A DNA stretch of 64,000 bases from Cyanidioschyzon merolae. Lineage: Eukaryota. The position numbers and the translations under genes are program-made. Below the pieces are notes generated by a model that made no database searches, was not told the origin of the DNA, and saw only the letters and a program-made list of their open reading frames with translations. The stretch lies in assembly GCA_000091205.1 (NCBI GenBank), contig AP006488.2. The stretch is one strand, 5' to 3'. Positions 1 through 12,999 of this stretch are shown piece after piece. Numbering within the stretch: position 1 is the first letter of the stretch; each line of letters starts with the position of its first letter.

Positions 1-1609
1 GGCTCGCCTCGCTGTCATTATAGCTGTGATTGGTGCAGGTGCCCTGGTAGCAGATGGAATCCTGACGCCTGCAATCACGGTGGTCAGTGCCTTTCAGGGT
101 ATTCAGGTTGGGTCGCCTTCATTTCCTACCGGCGCCGTTGTCGGCTTGAGTATCGGTGTGCTTTTTCTCGTCTTTCTGGGCCAGTTTCTGGGCTCATCGC
201 GCCTGGGAATCACCTACGGCCCCGTTCTGGTGGTTTTCTTCGTCGCGCAAGCCATGCTTGGCATGTACGGGATCACAAAGTATCCCGCGATTTTCAAAGC
301 GCTGAATCCGTACTATGCTTTGAAAGGCATCGGCGTATACTGGAATGATGGCAAGGTGGGCTTCCTCAAGATTGCGGACGCGCTGCTCTGTGTGACTGGT
401 TCAGAAGCGATGTATGCAGACATGGGGCATTTTGGGCGCCTGCCCATGCGCCTGGGCTGGTTCACGATCGTGCTGCCGTCGGTTCTGCTGTCGTATTTGG
501 GCCAACTGGCATTACTTGCGTCCAATCCATCACTAGCTGAGACAGCGGGAAACGCTTTGTACTTTTACCAGGCGCCGCGCAGTGTCCTGTGGCCCCTGAT
601 TGTGCTCACGACGTTGGCAGCAATCGTGGCCTCGCAGGCGATCATCAGCGGTGCGTTTTCGATCGTGAGCCAGGCGATTTCCTTGGACCTGCTACCACGG
701 ATGCATATCAAACGCACTGACTGGCGCATTTATGGCCAAGTCTTTATTCCGGAGATGGATCTGGTCATGGGGATTCTAACAGTGGCTGTGACTGCGGGGT
801 TTCAGACGAGTAACGCGCTGACCTCAGCGTACGGTGTGGCTGTCACGACGAGCTTCATCACAACAACATGTTTGTTCGTCATTGTGCTCGTGTTCGTTTG
901 GAAACAGCGCTTCTACGTTTGGCTCAGCTACTTGGCGGTGTTTGGTTTGGTCGACCTCCTGCTCTGGTCGAGTGCCATTACAAAGTTTCCCACCGGCGGC
1001 TATATTCCAGTCATCATCTCTACCGTTTTCATTTTGGCCATGCTTCTCTGGGACTGGGGCACGAAACGAGAACACGAATACTACGAGCGAAAATTACGTG
1101 TTTGGAAAGCACAACAGAGCGAAGGAATTAGACAAGATTCATCGCCGGTGCTCAAGGGTACTTTTGTCTTTCTGGCTGGCTTGCAGCACGGCGTACCGTA
1201 CTCTTTCCAGGTTTTCGTGAGCAAAATTGGTGTGATTCCCCAAACCACCATCTTCGTAACGGTGCGAAACGTTCCAGTGCCGTTCGTCGATGATCATCGG
1301 CGGTTTGTGATTGTGGAGGAGGCACCGGGCCGCTTCCGCGCCCGTATCTACGTCGGGTATGCCCAGTCGATCAGGAGTCTTATGGAGTCTCTACGCGAGG
1401 TACCCGCTGCTTTCTTTCACGAAAGCTTTGGGGAGAAAGTGGTGTTCGTGAAGGGTTACACGGATATTCTCGTGGACTCGCAGCGTCACTGGCTGCACCG
1501 TTTGTTGGTCTACTGCTACCACTACCTGAAGACTATAGCTGCCTCGGTGGACTCGGAACTCGGCATCCCACGAGACCGAGTGGAAATCGGCATGCCGATC
1601 CTTCTTTGA
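1..1609 (+). CDS. KUP/HAK/KT-family potassium transporter, C-terminal ~535 aa. The 5' end lies outside the window and the frame is open from base 2.
   Basis: Strong motif-level similarity across the length to the K+ uptake permease (Kup) family, e.g. TGSEAMYADMGHFGRLPMRLGWFTIVLPSVLLSYLGQ, LAAIVASQAIISGAFSIVSQAISL and the TM-rich core. Position 26 is a GTG, not a real start. Confidence 0.9.
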   Translation, partial: ARLAVIIAVIGAGALVADGILTPAITVVSAFQGIQVGSPSFPTGAVVGLSIGVLFLVFLGQFLGSSRLGITYGPVLVVFFVAQAMLGMYGITKYPAIFKALNPYYALKGIGVYWNDGKVGFLKIADALLCVTGSEAMYADMGHFGRLPMRLGWFTIVLPSVLLSYLGQLALLASNPSLAETAGNALYFYQAPRSVLWPLIVLTTLAAIVASQAIISGAFSIVSQAISLDLLPRMHIKRTDWRIYGQVFIPEMDLVMGILTVAVTAGFQTSNALTSAYGVAVTTSFITTTCLFVIVLVFVWKQRFYVWLSYLAVFGLVDLLLWSSAITKFPTGGYIPVIISTVFILAMLLWDWGTKREHEYYERKLRVWKAQQSEGIRQDSSPVLKGTFVFLAGLQHGVPYSFQVFVSKIGVIPQTTIFVTVRNVPVPFVDDHRRFVIVEEAPGRFRARIYVGYAQSIRSLMESLREVPAAFFHESFGEKVVFVKGYTDILVDSQRHWLHRLLVYCYHYLKTIAASVDSELGIPRDRVEIGMPILL

Positions 1610-3490
1610 GCAGGCCTATAATGGAGCTGCTCGTCGAATGCGGGATTCCATTGTAAAGAGACTTGTTGCGTCTGTCGTTCGCCCAAAGGCGGAAAGCAGT
1701 GCTTTCGTGGAATTGCTCATCGAATGCGGTCTTCGAGCATGCCATGACTTGTTGTATTCTGACGTTCGCCAAACGACAGAGCGCAGTGCCATGGTGGATC
1801 TGCTCACTGAATGCGACGCGAGACTGCGGGGTCGCTTGATGGGTTTGCCTTCCTCTAAAACGCGCAAACTCCGTTGTCCGCAGCGAATTCTGAGTACATC
1901 GTCATTTAAGCCGAGATCGCAGAGCACTTTGCGCACCGTCTGTGTCCCGGCGCGACAGGTCCCCGATCCAGTGCAATTTCGGATGTCCATGGACGCTGCT
2001 TGTGCTGCTCCATACGAAATTGATTATCGCAAAGCACAGATCCAGATGCTCAGCATGCTCCTGTGATGTCGCGTTTTTGTGCCCTGCATCTCTTTTTTCT
2101 CAAAAGTGTGATCATTCCATCGGACATATCATCTGTTCGGAGAATCCGCGAATCAGACGTTCATGCAGACCAGTCGACGCCGCGGAGCATCTCTGGAGGG
2201 TAGGTCGTCCGCGCAGTCATGCATGAATGCGCTCAAGCTTGGATGTATCGTTATCAATGACCTGAAATCACAAGTCCACATGTCTTCCTATCCTGCGCTA
2301 GGGAGGAGCGTCGCGCCCGCGGCCGCCAAGTAACCAAAACATTCACAAGTATTCCGGAAATCGGCGTGCACATTAGCTGAAGAAGAGCTACCACATGCAG
2401 TGCCGCGGAGCGCGCCTGCTGCATGCACTTCGCTCTCGCCTGGCCATTCATCGATGCCTAACGCATTCAACGCATCTTGGGAATCTTTTCCTTTCAAAAC
2501 TGCTTCACAAAGGACTGAGCTTTGGCGCTCGCTCCAGACGGAAGCATCCACTGAGAATGTTCTCGTGACGTTCATTGCACAACGTGGGCTAGACGGATCC
2601 ACCCTCACCCAGTGAAAGCTTCGATACGGTCACCAGTACGATAAAGCCATACCAATACCGGGCTTTTCGCAACGATACACTCCCACTGCTTCCACCACAA
2701 AACGGAGCGAGCCGTGCAGTCGCCGTGTGTGCGCGCTGCGGCACAGACGCGAACGCCAGTCCAGCGCCCTGCCCAGGTCTGCGTACGCTGCGTTGCGATA
2801 CCACCGCTCTGGATGTCTATGTTGCGCGTTCTGAAGGCAGAATTGCAATTTGCTTGCTCATTCAAACCACAGCATGCTCTAAAAGCAGCGTGGCAACCAA
2901 CAAACAACACCGCACGCAGCAATCGTCACCTGCACCGTGGTGTATACACACACGCGCGCGTGAACTGCTACCTGCAGCATAAACTTTGCCGCACCCAACT
3001 ACCAAAGATTAAAAGCTACGCACACGCTCACGCAACCATACCTGTTCTAGTCCATTTCGATACTTGGGGAAGACGAGGCACTGCTTCCCCGTCATCCAAA
3101 TGCCGCGATGCCGGCACGCATGCATGCACATGCAAATGCGCGAAACGCTTTCCCGCCACATCACGCGATTCGCCTGCGATCGCGCTGATGTGGTACTGAG
3201 GCGCGCGCGCGTCCGGCGCTCCCAGCGCAGCGACGACTCCAGAGCGCACCCTGCCCTGCCGAGCCCGGCCCCAGAGGATAGCATCAGCGCCGCTTCCAGT
3301 CGTCAGTGCACCATGCGATGATCGCGCGCAGGCGTCTGTGGATCGCTTGTCAAGCGGCATCGCTTCATGGCAGGTGAGTGTCCAGTTTTGCTTGTCAAGC
3401 GGCGGTACCTTGTTCAGGAGCTGGTTGCGTGAAGCACGCTGCGTGTGTGAGCGGTTACCAGAAACAGGGCTCGCGGGTGGTGAAGGCCTG

Positions 3491-4579
3491 ATGACCCTCC
3501 GCGGTCGCTTTCCGAGTGACGTGTGGCCCGGGCGGAACCGCTTCTACTGTCGAGGCAGGTGCATCAGTGGACCGGACCCCTGGGGTGCCCTGCTAACGTT
3601 TGCTCTGATCGCTGTTGCCACGGGACTTTTTCTCGCGATACCCGTTCCGTTTCTACTGGAAAACTATGTTCGAACGGGAGTTGCTGTGCTAGCGACGACG
3701 CTGCCGCTTCTTGTGGTGACGCTAACGTCGTTCTTCCTGACGGTTTTCGACGACCCTGGTATCCTGCCTCGCCAGAGCGTTGATCTCTTTGCACGGAGAA
3801 TTCGGCGTAACGCGCCGCTTCTTCGGAAGAAGGAGGTGTATTATGACGGTCAACGCTTTGTCTTGAAATACTGCGAGACCTGTCAGCTATACCGACCACC
3901 GCGCTGCTCTCACTGCTCTTCGTGCAATAACTGCGTCGAGCGCTTCGATCATCACTGCCCGTGGGTGAGCAACTGCGTGGGTTTGCGTAACTACCGCACG
4001 TTCTTCATCTTCATATCATCTTGTTTGGTGCTGTCGGGGCTCGTAGTGGCGTACACCATTCTCTACCTGGTGGACGTGTCGAACCAGAAGGTAAGCATCG
4101 GAGCATCGTCGACTGGGTTTGCGGGCTTTGCCCGCTCGCTTTCGAACGGCCCTACCGCTGCGAGCCTGGTCTCCTTAATCATTGCCTTATTTGGTGTGGT
4201 GTTTACGGGCGCGCTTACTGTTTTCCATACGGTGCTTATATTCACGAACAAGACCACTGCTGAGTCCTTTAAGTACACGTTTCGGGGCCATGCTAGTCCT
4301 TTTCAGCCGAAGGGTCTGAAAAATCTGGCCAAGGTGTTGTGTTCGAGGAAGCCCCCGAGCAAAGTTAAGGTGAACGCCCATATTGACCCGAAGTTTCTTG
4401 AGATGATCCTCATTGATCCAAGAGATCTCGAAGCGGCTGCCCAGAATATGGAACTCGATTTGTCTTGGTATCATCCGCTGGATTTGCAAAGAGCACCAGC
4501 GAGTTACAAGTATGATCGAGTGATCTTGCCGGTACCGAATTCTGCGCGGACGTCAGCCGTTCAACAACAAGGCGAATAA
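3491..4579 (+). CDS. DHHC-type zinc-finger protein S-acyltransferase (palmitoyltransferase), plant PAT-like
   Basis: The Cys-rich domain [37 protein letters not shown] is present. The N-terminal [18 protein letters not shown] motif and four TM helices follow the plant PAT pattern. The track start at 3338 is a GTG, and the first in-frame ATG (MTLRG) is at 3491. Confidence 0.85.
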   Translation: MTLRGRFPSDVWPGRNRFYCRGRCISGPDPWGALLTFALIAVATGLFLAIPVPFLLENYVRTGVAVLATTLPLLVVTLTSFFLTVFDDPGILPRQSVDLFARRIRRNAPLLRKKEVYYDGQRFVLKYCETCQLYRPPRCSHCSSCNNCVERFDHHCPWVSNCVGLRNYRTFFIFISSCLVLSGLVVAYTILYLVDVSNQKVSIGASSTGFAGFARSLSNGPTAASLVSLIIALFGVVFTGALTVFHTVLIFTNKTTAESFKYTFRGHASPFQPKGLKNLAKVLCSRKPPSKVKVNAHIDPKFLEMILIDPRDLEAAAQNMELDLSWYHPLDLQRAPASYKYDRVILPVPNSARTSAVQQQGE

Positions 4580-6260
4580 GTTATTTCGCGCGTATACCGA
4601 CCGAAGATGATGGCAGCTTCGCCAGGTCGCCCTATTGACCAGGGATATGCTCGTTGTGTGTATCGGTTGCGGCTCCGGGAAAACGCTCACATCGTGTGGC
4701 TCTCGCGTGGAATGCGGGCGCTGGCGACTCGAAGCACGATGGTAACCGCCACGTCGAGTAGAGTGCTTTCGAGATGCGATGTTGACGCGACGACGGCGTT
4801 GTTTTAGTTCGAGCGGTACCTGGGATAGGCAGGTTGCCTCTGAACCGCTCGTTCATTCAGCAAAGATGCTGTCGACGCTCACACCGATCTGGTATGACTC
4901 GTTCCGGATGGAGTGGCGGGCATCAACGCTTATGCCGCAGGTGTTTGTCCATAGTCGCGCATACTGTGCAAGTGGACCCTCGTATCGCAAGGAGTCGCCT
5001 CGCCTAGAGGGAGAAGGCGCCTTCCAGTGGCCATTGCGGATACGGCCTTGTTTTGGATTCTCTTGCGCTGTGAGGCTGTGTTCAGGTTTTATTCGAACGC
5101 TTGTGTTCGCGTGTTTCTACTTGAAGCGGTGCTAGCGTGGCGCATCACAACCATCCTTCGATCGCCTAGTCAGAGATCTCTGACCTTTCAGTTTCGTGGT
5201 CGCGCACCAGAAACCTCTCAGCAATTACTTTTACAGGCTCCGAGTGTCAAGTGTTTTGACAGCGATTTGAGCAGGAAATTGGCTCTAACCCGTGTCGCAA
5301 GCGCACAGCATGCGTCTTTGAAAGGGCTACGTTTTCAACAAAAATGGAAATCAAGAGACTGGCAGCGCTGTGCCAGCACGCTTGCCTCGGAACCATGGTG
5401 GAGAATTTCGGTCATTTGCATCGACCAGTCGTGTATAGCGGAGATGCTGGTCACCGCAGTGTCCCTCACTCGGGCTGTACGACCCCTGGGCCGTATGTCA
5501 TGTGAGCACTCGACGAAGAAATCACCTGCGGGACGCTGTAGTACGTTTATAAGCCTGGTTCATGGAAGCACTTGTGTTCCCCGACCGCAACTCAATATCT
5601 GTTTACTGCCAGGGAGCGCAGGTAACCCACGGCAGCGGCCAAACGCATCCACGGCTTCAGCGAGCCGGCTTACGCAGAGGTCCCGCATGTCTTTCGTAAA
5701 CGGGGAAGCCCTCTATGTCGTCTGGAGCCTACCAGAGTACCCAGTTCGATGGGCAGTGCATCAGATCCCCTGAGTGCATGCCATAAACATGGGACGCTTT
5801 GTTTCGATTTCGATGGTTCACAAACAGACGAGCATGCGTATGGACGCATCCACGAGGACAGGGATCCAGTGAGGGTTCAACCTATGTCCCGTTACAGCGG
5901 GGTCGTCTGTGAACGCTGGACGCGCGCTTGCTTCCCACCTGGACAGACTTCACAGGCGTCGACGTGCCACGACCGCACCGGCGCTATAGGCGGTACCACC
6001 GACGATCAGGGCAAGCACTCGATGCACGGTAGAATGTATGAAGCGACTCGTATATCCGAGAAGAGGTATGGGCTATGGGACTCGGTGAATCGAGCGGTGC
6101 TTCACCGCGCGCTGATATCAAGCGCAGAGACAAGGAATGCTAGCCTGTGTGTCTATGATTGTCTAATTAAAGATGGAAATGGAAAGCGACGGATGCTGGT
6201 GCTGGCACACCTGCGTCGCCTCCTACGCCATGTATTTGTAGTGTTCAGTACGACGTTTCG

Positions 6261-7046
6261 ATGTGTGTTCGATCAAATAGCGCGATAGCGGGTAGACGGG
6301 TCTCGCGATGGGTGCTGCTCATAACGACGCTGCTCTTTTTGGTAGTGTCGCAGCCGCCAGACTGGCTTGGGCGGCAGACGCAGCAGCTGCCGGTGTCACG
6401 GGAGCCTGACTGGTCCAGTAGCCTCCGGAGCACGGCAGCGTTGTTACGGGTGTCGTCTTGGCTTCCACGGGTGGCGCTCGCTGAGGCCGCACAGTCGTAC
6501 TACACAGTGCTGGGGGTTTCGCGAGACGCTACCGAGCGAGAAATCAAGCGGGCATACCTCAAACTCGCGAAACGGTACCATCCGGACAAGAATCGCGGTG
6601 ACAAAAAAGCCGAGCGAAAGTTCCGACTCATTGCTCGAGCCTACGAGGTTTTGAGCGATACAGAGAAACGGAGAGTATACGACCAGCTGGGCGAGGAGGG
6701 CCTGCGTCAGCAGGAGCAGGGTGGCAGCCAAACCGGACCCTACCAGGGCCAGTCTGGTCAATTCCAGCAGTTCTTTTTCCCTGGAGGCGGACCTTTTGGA
6801 CACCAACATGGGTCGAACTTTCGCTTCAGCTTTCAAGATAACGGAGGAAGGGCCGGAGGCGCCTTCGATACAGGTTTCCCTTTTGAGGACCTCTTCAACG
6901 AGTTTATGGGTAGTAACCCGGGCGGTTCTCGCCAGCGTCGCACCTTCCAACAGAGACGCCGCCCTGGTGGTTACCAGCGTTGTGAAGAGACAAAAATATG
7001 CTCAAATGGGCGCTGTCAGACGCGAATCACCTGTAGCACGATTTAG
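6261..7046 (+). CDS. Small secretory-pathway DnaJ/Hsp40 (ERdj-like): signal peptide, J domain, Gly/Phe/Gln-rich tail
   Basis: J domain [54 protein letters not shown] with an HPD motif. Hydrophobic N-terminus [17 protein letters not shown]. Real ATG at 6261. A missed downstream exon cannot be excluded. Confidence 0.7.
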   Translation: MCVRSNSAIAGRRVSRWVLLITTLLFLVVSQPPDWLGRQTQQLPVSREPDWSSSLRSTAALLRVSSWLPRVALAEAAQSYYTVLGVSRDATEREIKRAYLKLAKRYHPDKNRGDKKAERKFRLIARAYEVLSDTEKRRVYDQLGEEGLRQQEQGGSQTGPYQGQSGQFQQFFFPGGGPFGHQHGSNFRFSFQDNGGRAGGAFDTGFPFEDLFNEFMGSNPGGSRQRRTFQQRRRPGGYQRCEETKICSNGRCQTRITCSTI

Positions 7047-7899
7047 GCGTGCCGCTGTACAGAGACGCTGCGCAAGAGCATACAAGTTACTCGTTCGTTC
7101 GCATTGTAGCAAGCTTTGGAGGATCCATGGTACTTGCATGGCTTTGTAAGCGCTTCTGTGACACGTTCTTGTTGACGCGACCCCGCACTGCCCATCGAGC
7201 CGGACGCTTTCCGGAAGCCGTGCTGATTGCAAGAGGCCAGCATATGGTACCGCCCGAGCGCTTCAATCCTTAGAGCAAGTGTTTACTCGGCCGTTATCAT
7301 TAGTCATTGCAGGAAAGGTAATCGTCGCAGTAGTCGTTTACATCGATGTCAGAATAAAGCGCAATTGGTTCCCTAGCTCGGACGTACACTCCGTAGTTTG
7401 GGTCGCTTCCCACTGGTATCAACACCTGAGTTGCAGGCTTTTTCTGCGACTGCGTCCTCCCGCTCTCTCGTATCTGCGGCTTCAAATAAGACCGTCTCCC
7501 CTGTACCTCGAGCTCCGTTGTCACTAGTCGGACGGTATTGATGGTAGCGTTCATGGTCCGATTTCGCTGTGTCCGGCTGCTGTCGACGCATTCCACGCGC
7601 AGACGGGTGTTGTTGCGATCCAGACTGCGGCTTGCCATTTTCATCCGCTCTGGACATAGATTCCGTGCTCCATTTTCACAGTAGTGAAACTGGGCTACGG
7701 TCAGGCGCTCCCGCATTTCTTAGACGCATTCTCCTCCGAGGACCATGCTGTGACGTATGAGCTTTTCATTCATCGCTGGGCACATGTCCGTATCGGATAC
7801 AGCAGACTCCACTTGACTCACTCCTCTATTTCCGCGCCTGAGTGCCATAACCCAGGATCACACGCTTGTTCCTTGCGATCACTATGACGAGTATGCTGT

Positions 7900-8530
7900 C
7901 CGTTGCACGCGCACACTGTTTCAGTCTACAGCGTATTTGTGGAACGCGATGCCGTCCATAACGAGACATGTGCCAGAAGGTGAACCCTGCCTGGAGAACA
8001 AGTCGAGAAATTTCGATCGGTCCAGGATCCTTTCGTGCAAAGTGATGAAGCACGCTCCGACAGCAGCAAATCGCTGAGGTGACTGAAAACCGAGTCCGTG
8101 ATCGTCTTCCATAGAAACGCGAGAGACGGGAGCTCCCGCGGGCATACCCCGGCGAGAGGTATCATGCTGCTGTGAAATTCCATTTCGAGCATGGCCACGT
8201 AGAGAAGAGAGTTTGTCTTTCGAACGGAGTCGATTATTTGAAGTGCCAAGTTCGGAAAAATTTCGTCATGAAATTATGAACGCCTACTCAAGGAATGACA
8301 TCGAGTTTTTTCTTCGTCGTCCATCCAGAGGTGCGAATACCTGCGCCCACAAGTTGCCTTGAGACAGAGAGATTGAAAACTTGATGAATGTGCGATTGGA
8401 ACGTGCTACACACGTTACGAAAGAACAAGAATGGACGCTTATACGCATGGACTTGATAGTGATATCGGTTATTTTAGGAACCTTTGTTCGCGGGCGTCGC
8501 GAATCGTCTTCATTCTGGTCGCGTCATGGA
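7900..8530. repeat. Old, decayed copy of repeat family R
   Basis: Alignable by eye to the 3' half and tail of the young copies: gaaccctgcctggagaacaagtcgagaaatttcgatcgg; gagaggtatcatgctgctg; tttcgaacggagtcgattatttgaagtg; gttgccttgagacagagagattgaaaacttgatgaatg. Confidence 0.6.
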
Positions 8531-9389
8531 TTTCAGCGGAAAAGCGTCGAAGAAGCGACGTCGAAAACACGCCCGAGCAACTTGGAAAAACTACGTATGG
8601 ATCCGCAATTTCTCTTTGATGCAATTCGGATATTGAAACTGCAAATGTGAAAAACAATTCGCAAAACAATCGACACGCAGCAACAGAGCAACCACTTCAG
8701 TGTTCCACATTGGTCTTAAACATGAGTGTACTGCCAGAGAGCCCGGCGAGACTCCGAGAACCCGAATTCATAGCCACTCGCGAACAACGTACGGCATCCT
8801 TGTAGCAGAGGTACTGCTTACGGGTCGCGTATCAAAGGTCGCAAACAGAGGCTTTCCTTCACCTCGTCGCCGCCGCGTCCCAGCGAAATTCCACCTGCAT
8901 CGCTCGCGATATTCTAGTTAGAGAGCACCACGCGACCACCAATAATCTTGCTCTTGATTCGAAAAGATTAATGAATGCTATGTGAAATAGATTCCGCGGC
9001 AGTGGCTTCAACAGCGAACGCTTACCAGCTCGTACCTCACTTGCTCAGAGCGCAGTAGCCTTCATGCAACTCAGCGCGCAGCCGGACAAGTTTACCTCTT
9101 TCTTTACTTTCAAGGACAGAAACTGCGTACCTCGCACTTTTCACGTCATCAACAAGCCAATCTCAGCTTGAACTTGAACTTCCAACAGCAGTCATCTGCA
9201 GTCCACAAGACCTCTTTCAACACACACAGCGCCCTTCTGAAGATACCAGCGCTCGATGCGCTGGAGGCATCGGGCACCCGCGCCATCGCGACGATCCTGG
9301 CGTGCTGCTCATCCGTTGGCGCTGCCAGCCCCGAGAGCGTAACCATACGGTTCAGCAGTCCGTTCTGCGCGCCATATCAAGAAGAACGA

Positions 9390-10637
9390 ATGGGCTCTAC
9401 GACTGCTGTACTGCCCGTTGGCAACGCCGATGGGTCGCTAACGCTGACAAAGCACACAGCGACTGAAAAAGAGAGTCGGACGCTGGCGCTGGAAGACGCG
9501 TTCCTGCGGCTGAAACGCTTGCAACGTCACTACGAACTGCTCTGTATCCAAGAGGAGTACGTGAAAGACGAGCTTCGCCATCTTCAACGAGAGTTCGTGC
9601 ACGCCCAGGAGGAGGTTAGACGAATTCAGTCGGTTCCACTTGTTCTGGGAAGTTTTCTGGAAGCTATCGATGAGCACTACGTCATAGTGAGCAGTACAAC
9701 TGGAGCAAACTCGTACGTGCGGTGTCTGTCCACCGTTAATCGTGAACTCCTCAAACCGAACGCTACGGTTGCTTTACATCGCCACTCTAATGCACTGGTA
9801 GATACACTGCCGCCCGAGTCGGACTCGAGCATTGCAATACTAGAGCAGAGCGAAAAGCCCGATGTCACCTATGCTGATATTGGCGGCCTCGATACCCAGA
9901 AACAAGAGATTCGTGAGGCAGTTGAGCTCCCTCTAACAAACCCGGAGCTCTTTCTATCCATCGGCATTGATCCGCCGCGCGGTGTCTTGCTCTACGGACC
10001 ACCGGGTACCGGCAAGACGCTACTGGCGAAAGCAGTTGCGCATCATACAACCGCCGCCTTCATTCGTGTGCAAGCCTCGCAACTTGTGCAGAAATACCTC
10101 GGCGAGGGCCCACGCATGGTTCGTGACATATTTCGTCTTGCCCGCGAAAACCAGCCGGCTATTGTGTTTATCGATGAGATCGACGCGGTAGCAACCAAGC
10201 GCTTTGATGCGCAAACCGGGGCCGATCGTGAAGTGCAGCGCATTCTCATGGAGCTTCTTCAGTGCATGGACGGATTCGATCAACAAGATAATGTGAAAGT
10301 GATCATGGCTACGAATCGGGCCGATACGCTAGATCCAGCGTTGTTGCGCCCAGGGCGCTTGGATCGCAAGATTGAATTTCCGGTGCCAGACCGCCGCCAG
10401 AAGCGCCAAATATTTCAGGTCATCACGGGGAAAATGAACCTCGCCGAAGACGTCGACCTTGAGGAGTTCGTGTCGCGACCAGATCATCTATCCGGTGCTG
10501 CTATTGCTGCGATCTGTCAACAGGCGGGCATGTTGGCTGTGCGCAACAATCGATATGTGGTGCTCCACAAGGATTTCGATATCGCCTACAAGGAGAATGT
10601 CGGTAAGGACGAAACCGAGTTCGCATTTTATCGCTGA
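9390..10637 (+). CDS. RPT5: 26S proteasome regulatory subunit 6A (Rpt5/PSMC3-type AAA ATPase)
   Basis: Walker [26 protein letters not shown]. The stretch [36 protein letters not shown]...[28 protein letters not shown] matches the Rpt5 family closely. The track start at 9168 is TTG, and the first ATG (MGSTT) is at 9390. Confidence 0.85.
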   Translation: MGSTTAVLPVGNADGSLTLTKHTATEKESRTLALEDAFLRLKRLQRHYELLCIQEEYVKDELRHLQREFVHAQEEVRRIQSVPLVLGSFLEAIDEHYVIVSSTTGANSYVRCLSTVNRELLKPNATVALHRHSNALVDTLPPESDSSIAILEQSEKPDVTYADIGGLDTQKQEIREAVELPLTNPELFLSIGIDPPRGVLLYGPPGTGKTLLAKAVAHHTTAAFIRVQASQLVQKYLGEGPRMVRDIFRLARENQPAIVFIDEIDAVATKRFDAQTGADREVQRILMELLQCMDGFDQQDNVKVIMATNRADTLDPALLRPGRLDRKIEFPVPDRRQKRQIFQVITGKMNLAEDVDLEEFVSRPDHLSGAAIAAICQQAGMLAVRNNRYVVLHKDFDIAYKENVGKDETEFAFYR

Positions 10638-11148
10638 ATAACGACACGCGCACAAGCGCCGCAGTGGCTGCTGTGGCGACGCTGGCGCCGTGCTCCACAC
10701 AGATCCACGTTTCAGGAGGTTGAAACCATAAACACATGGGGACCGCTTGACATGAAGCACTCGGACGCCCCTGTCTCCGTCTTGTTCATGTCTGTGATGG
10801 CGATGTTTTCCAGAGCATGTCGAAAGCAGTGGCGTTGCCAGAGGCGCTGTGCAGGGCGCCTTGCCCGGGTTCGAGCGCTCTATTCGCTTAGACGAAAGCA
10901 GGTGCTGGTCGTCTCACAGGGAGCGCTGAGCGCCAGACGCTGTGTCGAAATGTATGCCTGACCCATGAGAAAGACGCAGCGGATAGCGAACCAGTGCTTC
11001 CCTGCTTCAATGCAGGTCTGCTGCGGATCCAAGGCGCACAGCCTCCGTTCTAGCGTGTATACCACGGGGCAGCGCTCGACATCGCTTCGCATCGCTACTC
11101 GAGGGGGTCGCTCGACGCAGAGAGACTATGGAGTCTTTGGCTGAAAAT

Positions 11149-12072
11149 TCAGCGCTTCTTGTAGAGACAAGGTTTCAGGGAAGGCATCTCGATGATGTGA
11201 ATCCTGCGCGCTGCTGATTCGGTCGCCTCGAATACGAAAAGCGTAAAGTAATCATGAAGCTGGCGATGTTCTTGTAGCCGCAGTCCGAGCGATTCGAGTG
11301 CGACGACAAAGTCTGCCTCGACCGAGCTCGACATCGTGGATGCCGTCGTCGATGCACCCCGTTGCAGCTGGACCCGAGCGCCGGGCGTGTCCCGGGTTTC
11401 CGCTCGGCTCTGAAAACGGCTTGTTATTTCGATAATGAGCAGCAAACCGGATCGAGTCGGGTCGCAACGCAAAAGGCGGAGGCCTTCCTTGACCATCGCG
11501 CCGTAATTGGGACCCATGAGTGAAAGACAGAAAACGACTGCATCTGCGCAGTCGTTGGGTAGACCAGTGCCCCGTGCCAGATCACAGGCCGTCACGAGTT
11601 CGTTTGCCGCAACCAAGTCGTATGAATGCACCTCGACAGTGAAACCGTTTCGGGCCGACCAAGAGTTGGCGAGTCTGCTATCCAGCGAGGCAGCGATGGT
11701 TGCCTCACCACAACCCATGTCGACGATCGAAAAGGCTTGAGCATTGAAAGTGGTGTTCAGCGGATGCGCTTTGGTGCCCCGCATGCGATGAAACTGGTGT
11801 ATCCGCCGCTTCAGCAGCTCCAGGCACACTTGCGTTGGGTTCAGGGGCCACTTTGCGACCTGTTCCTGATAACCCTTATGATAGAGGGCAAAGAGTTCAG
11901 GCTGTTTCAGAAACAGCTGAAATACCTCGTGCGAGTCTAGCGAGTAAAGTTGCTCGTTCAAGTACCGAAAGTGCGCTGCACGTAGACGAGCCTCTAGTTG
12001 GCTTTGCAACCGCGTTAACGCAGACGGTTTGTGACCCTGGTCTTTTCGACGGACCTTGTGCCGTGTTGGCAT
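11149..12072 (-). CDS. RRP8: RRP8/nucleomethylin-family rRNA (m1A) methyltransferase
   Basis: AHFRYLNEQLYS, VAKWPLNPTQV, IVDMGCGEATIA, VHSYDLVAANELVTACD and AVVFCLSLMGPNY are in the order and spacing of the Rrp8 methyltransferase domain. ATG confirmed at 12070-12072. Confidence 0.75.
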   Translation of the reverse strand: MPTRHKVRRKDQGHKPSALTRLQSQLEARLRAAHFRYLNEQLYSLDSHEVFQLFLKQPELFALYHKGYQEQVAKWPLNPTQVCLELLKRRIHQFHRMRGTKAHPLNTTFNAQAFSIVDMGCGEATIAASLDSRLANSWSARNGFTVEVHSYDLVAANELVTACDLARGTGLPNDCADAVVFCLSLMGPNYGAMVKEGLRLLRCDPTRSGLLLIIEITSRFQSRAETRDTPGARVQLQRGASTTASTMSSSVEADFVVALESLGLRLQEHRQLHDYFTLFVFEATESAARRIHIIEMPSLKPCLYKKR

Positions 12073-12999
12073 CGCTTGACGCTCCGGGTCCCTGGCACTT
12101 ACGGCCTGGGTTCACTCGGAAACCACGAGTTTTTGAAGGCGCAGTCCTGCGCGCTACCGCCTACGTTGAAGCTGGAGGAGCGTTGCGCGTATGGATGTTT
12201 GGTGTCGCCAGACTGGTATCTATCCATACTGGCACACAGTTCGACAGGTGCTCTTCATCGGGTACACAAGCTAAAGTTTGGGTTTCTTCCAATTGTCGCA
12301 AACGCAGGCTATTACGAGCTTATTCTGCAACTGCATCCGTTCGCTTTCTCTTCTTGCTGGATTTACATTCGCCGGTCTCTCCTTCCGTCAAGATGCGATG
12401 TCGGCGGTCGAGGGTTATTGACGGCAACGTACAAGTGCTGATTACGTCGCTCATCGCCGTGGTCAAAGCATCTCATGCACAGACGAAAAGTCGCGATCAA
12501 CGCCTCGCTTGCCATTTCCATTGTCTTGTTCGTGCCCAGCGTTGGTGCGCTCTTCACTGCCGCGACACATGGCGGTGTGTTCAGATGCTGTAGCATATCG
12601 TGCATACCGCTTCAACGAATGGCCGTCCCGTGGCGCCTGAACGCTTGCTTCATCGTTCGGTACATGCTGGTGAAGATTGCTGAAGGCGCTCTACGATACG
12701 CACTTCCGTTTCCGTAACTGGTGGTGTACCCTACACGCACACGGGCTTGATGTGGGCGATGCCCTCGGCGAGTACGGCGTCCGCTGCAAGCGCACGCTCG
12801 TCTATTCGATCGAGGAGTTCTGAAACGCAATATTCTCCATGATAAAACACGCACCGGGAGCAAGTTCCGGACTCGAGAAGACGCCATAAGGCCTCAACCC
12901 GTGTTGGCAGCCTTCGTGCCAAGCGGTAACGCGCTGTCCACTGTAAGCGATCGCAGCGTTGCCTGAGGTCTGAGTTCAAGATTCTTTTCCATGCAAGTG

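Noticed and set aside
3338-3490. Apparent 51-aa N-terminal extension of the DHHC gene, including a gtgagt (intron-donor-like) hexamer at ~3370
   Set aside because: Position 3338 is GTG. The supplied ORF track treats TTG, GTG and CTG as Met (also seen at 9168, 51729, 55692 and 35981). The conserved PAT N-terminus begins at the ATG at 3491, so no intron needs to be invoked.
4086-4240. AAG|gtaagc in the DHHC gene as a possible 5' splice site
   Set aside because: The reading frame continues uninterrupted. The encoded loop and the TM4/TTxE/NPxxG-like C-terminal motifs are colinear with DHHC proteins without splicing.
5027-5773. 248-aa and 179-aa (5749-6288) ORFs upstream of DnaJ
   Set aside because: Composition looks like random high-GC translation (Arg/Ser/Cys-rich, no motifs). 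The region also carries a decayed family-R fragment (5940-6120).
9168-9389. 74-aa N-terminal extension on the Rpt5 ORF, and similar extensions on DXS (51729-51860) and CHO2 (55692-55718)
   Set aside because: These ORFs start at TTG, TTG and GTG respectively. The first ATGs give protein lengths and N-termini consistent with the families.
10860-10890. tRNA-like T-arm strings (e.g. cccgggttcgagcgctc at ~10870; ggttcaacc at ~5875)
   Set aside because: The flanking sequence does not form an acceptor or T stem, and there are no A/B-box-consistent cloverleafs. No tRNA gene could be supported by eye.
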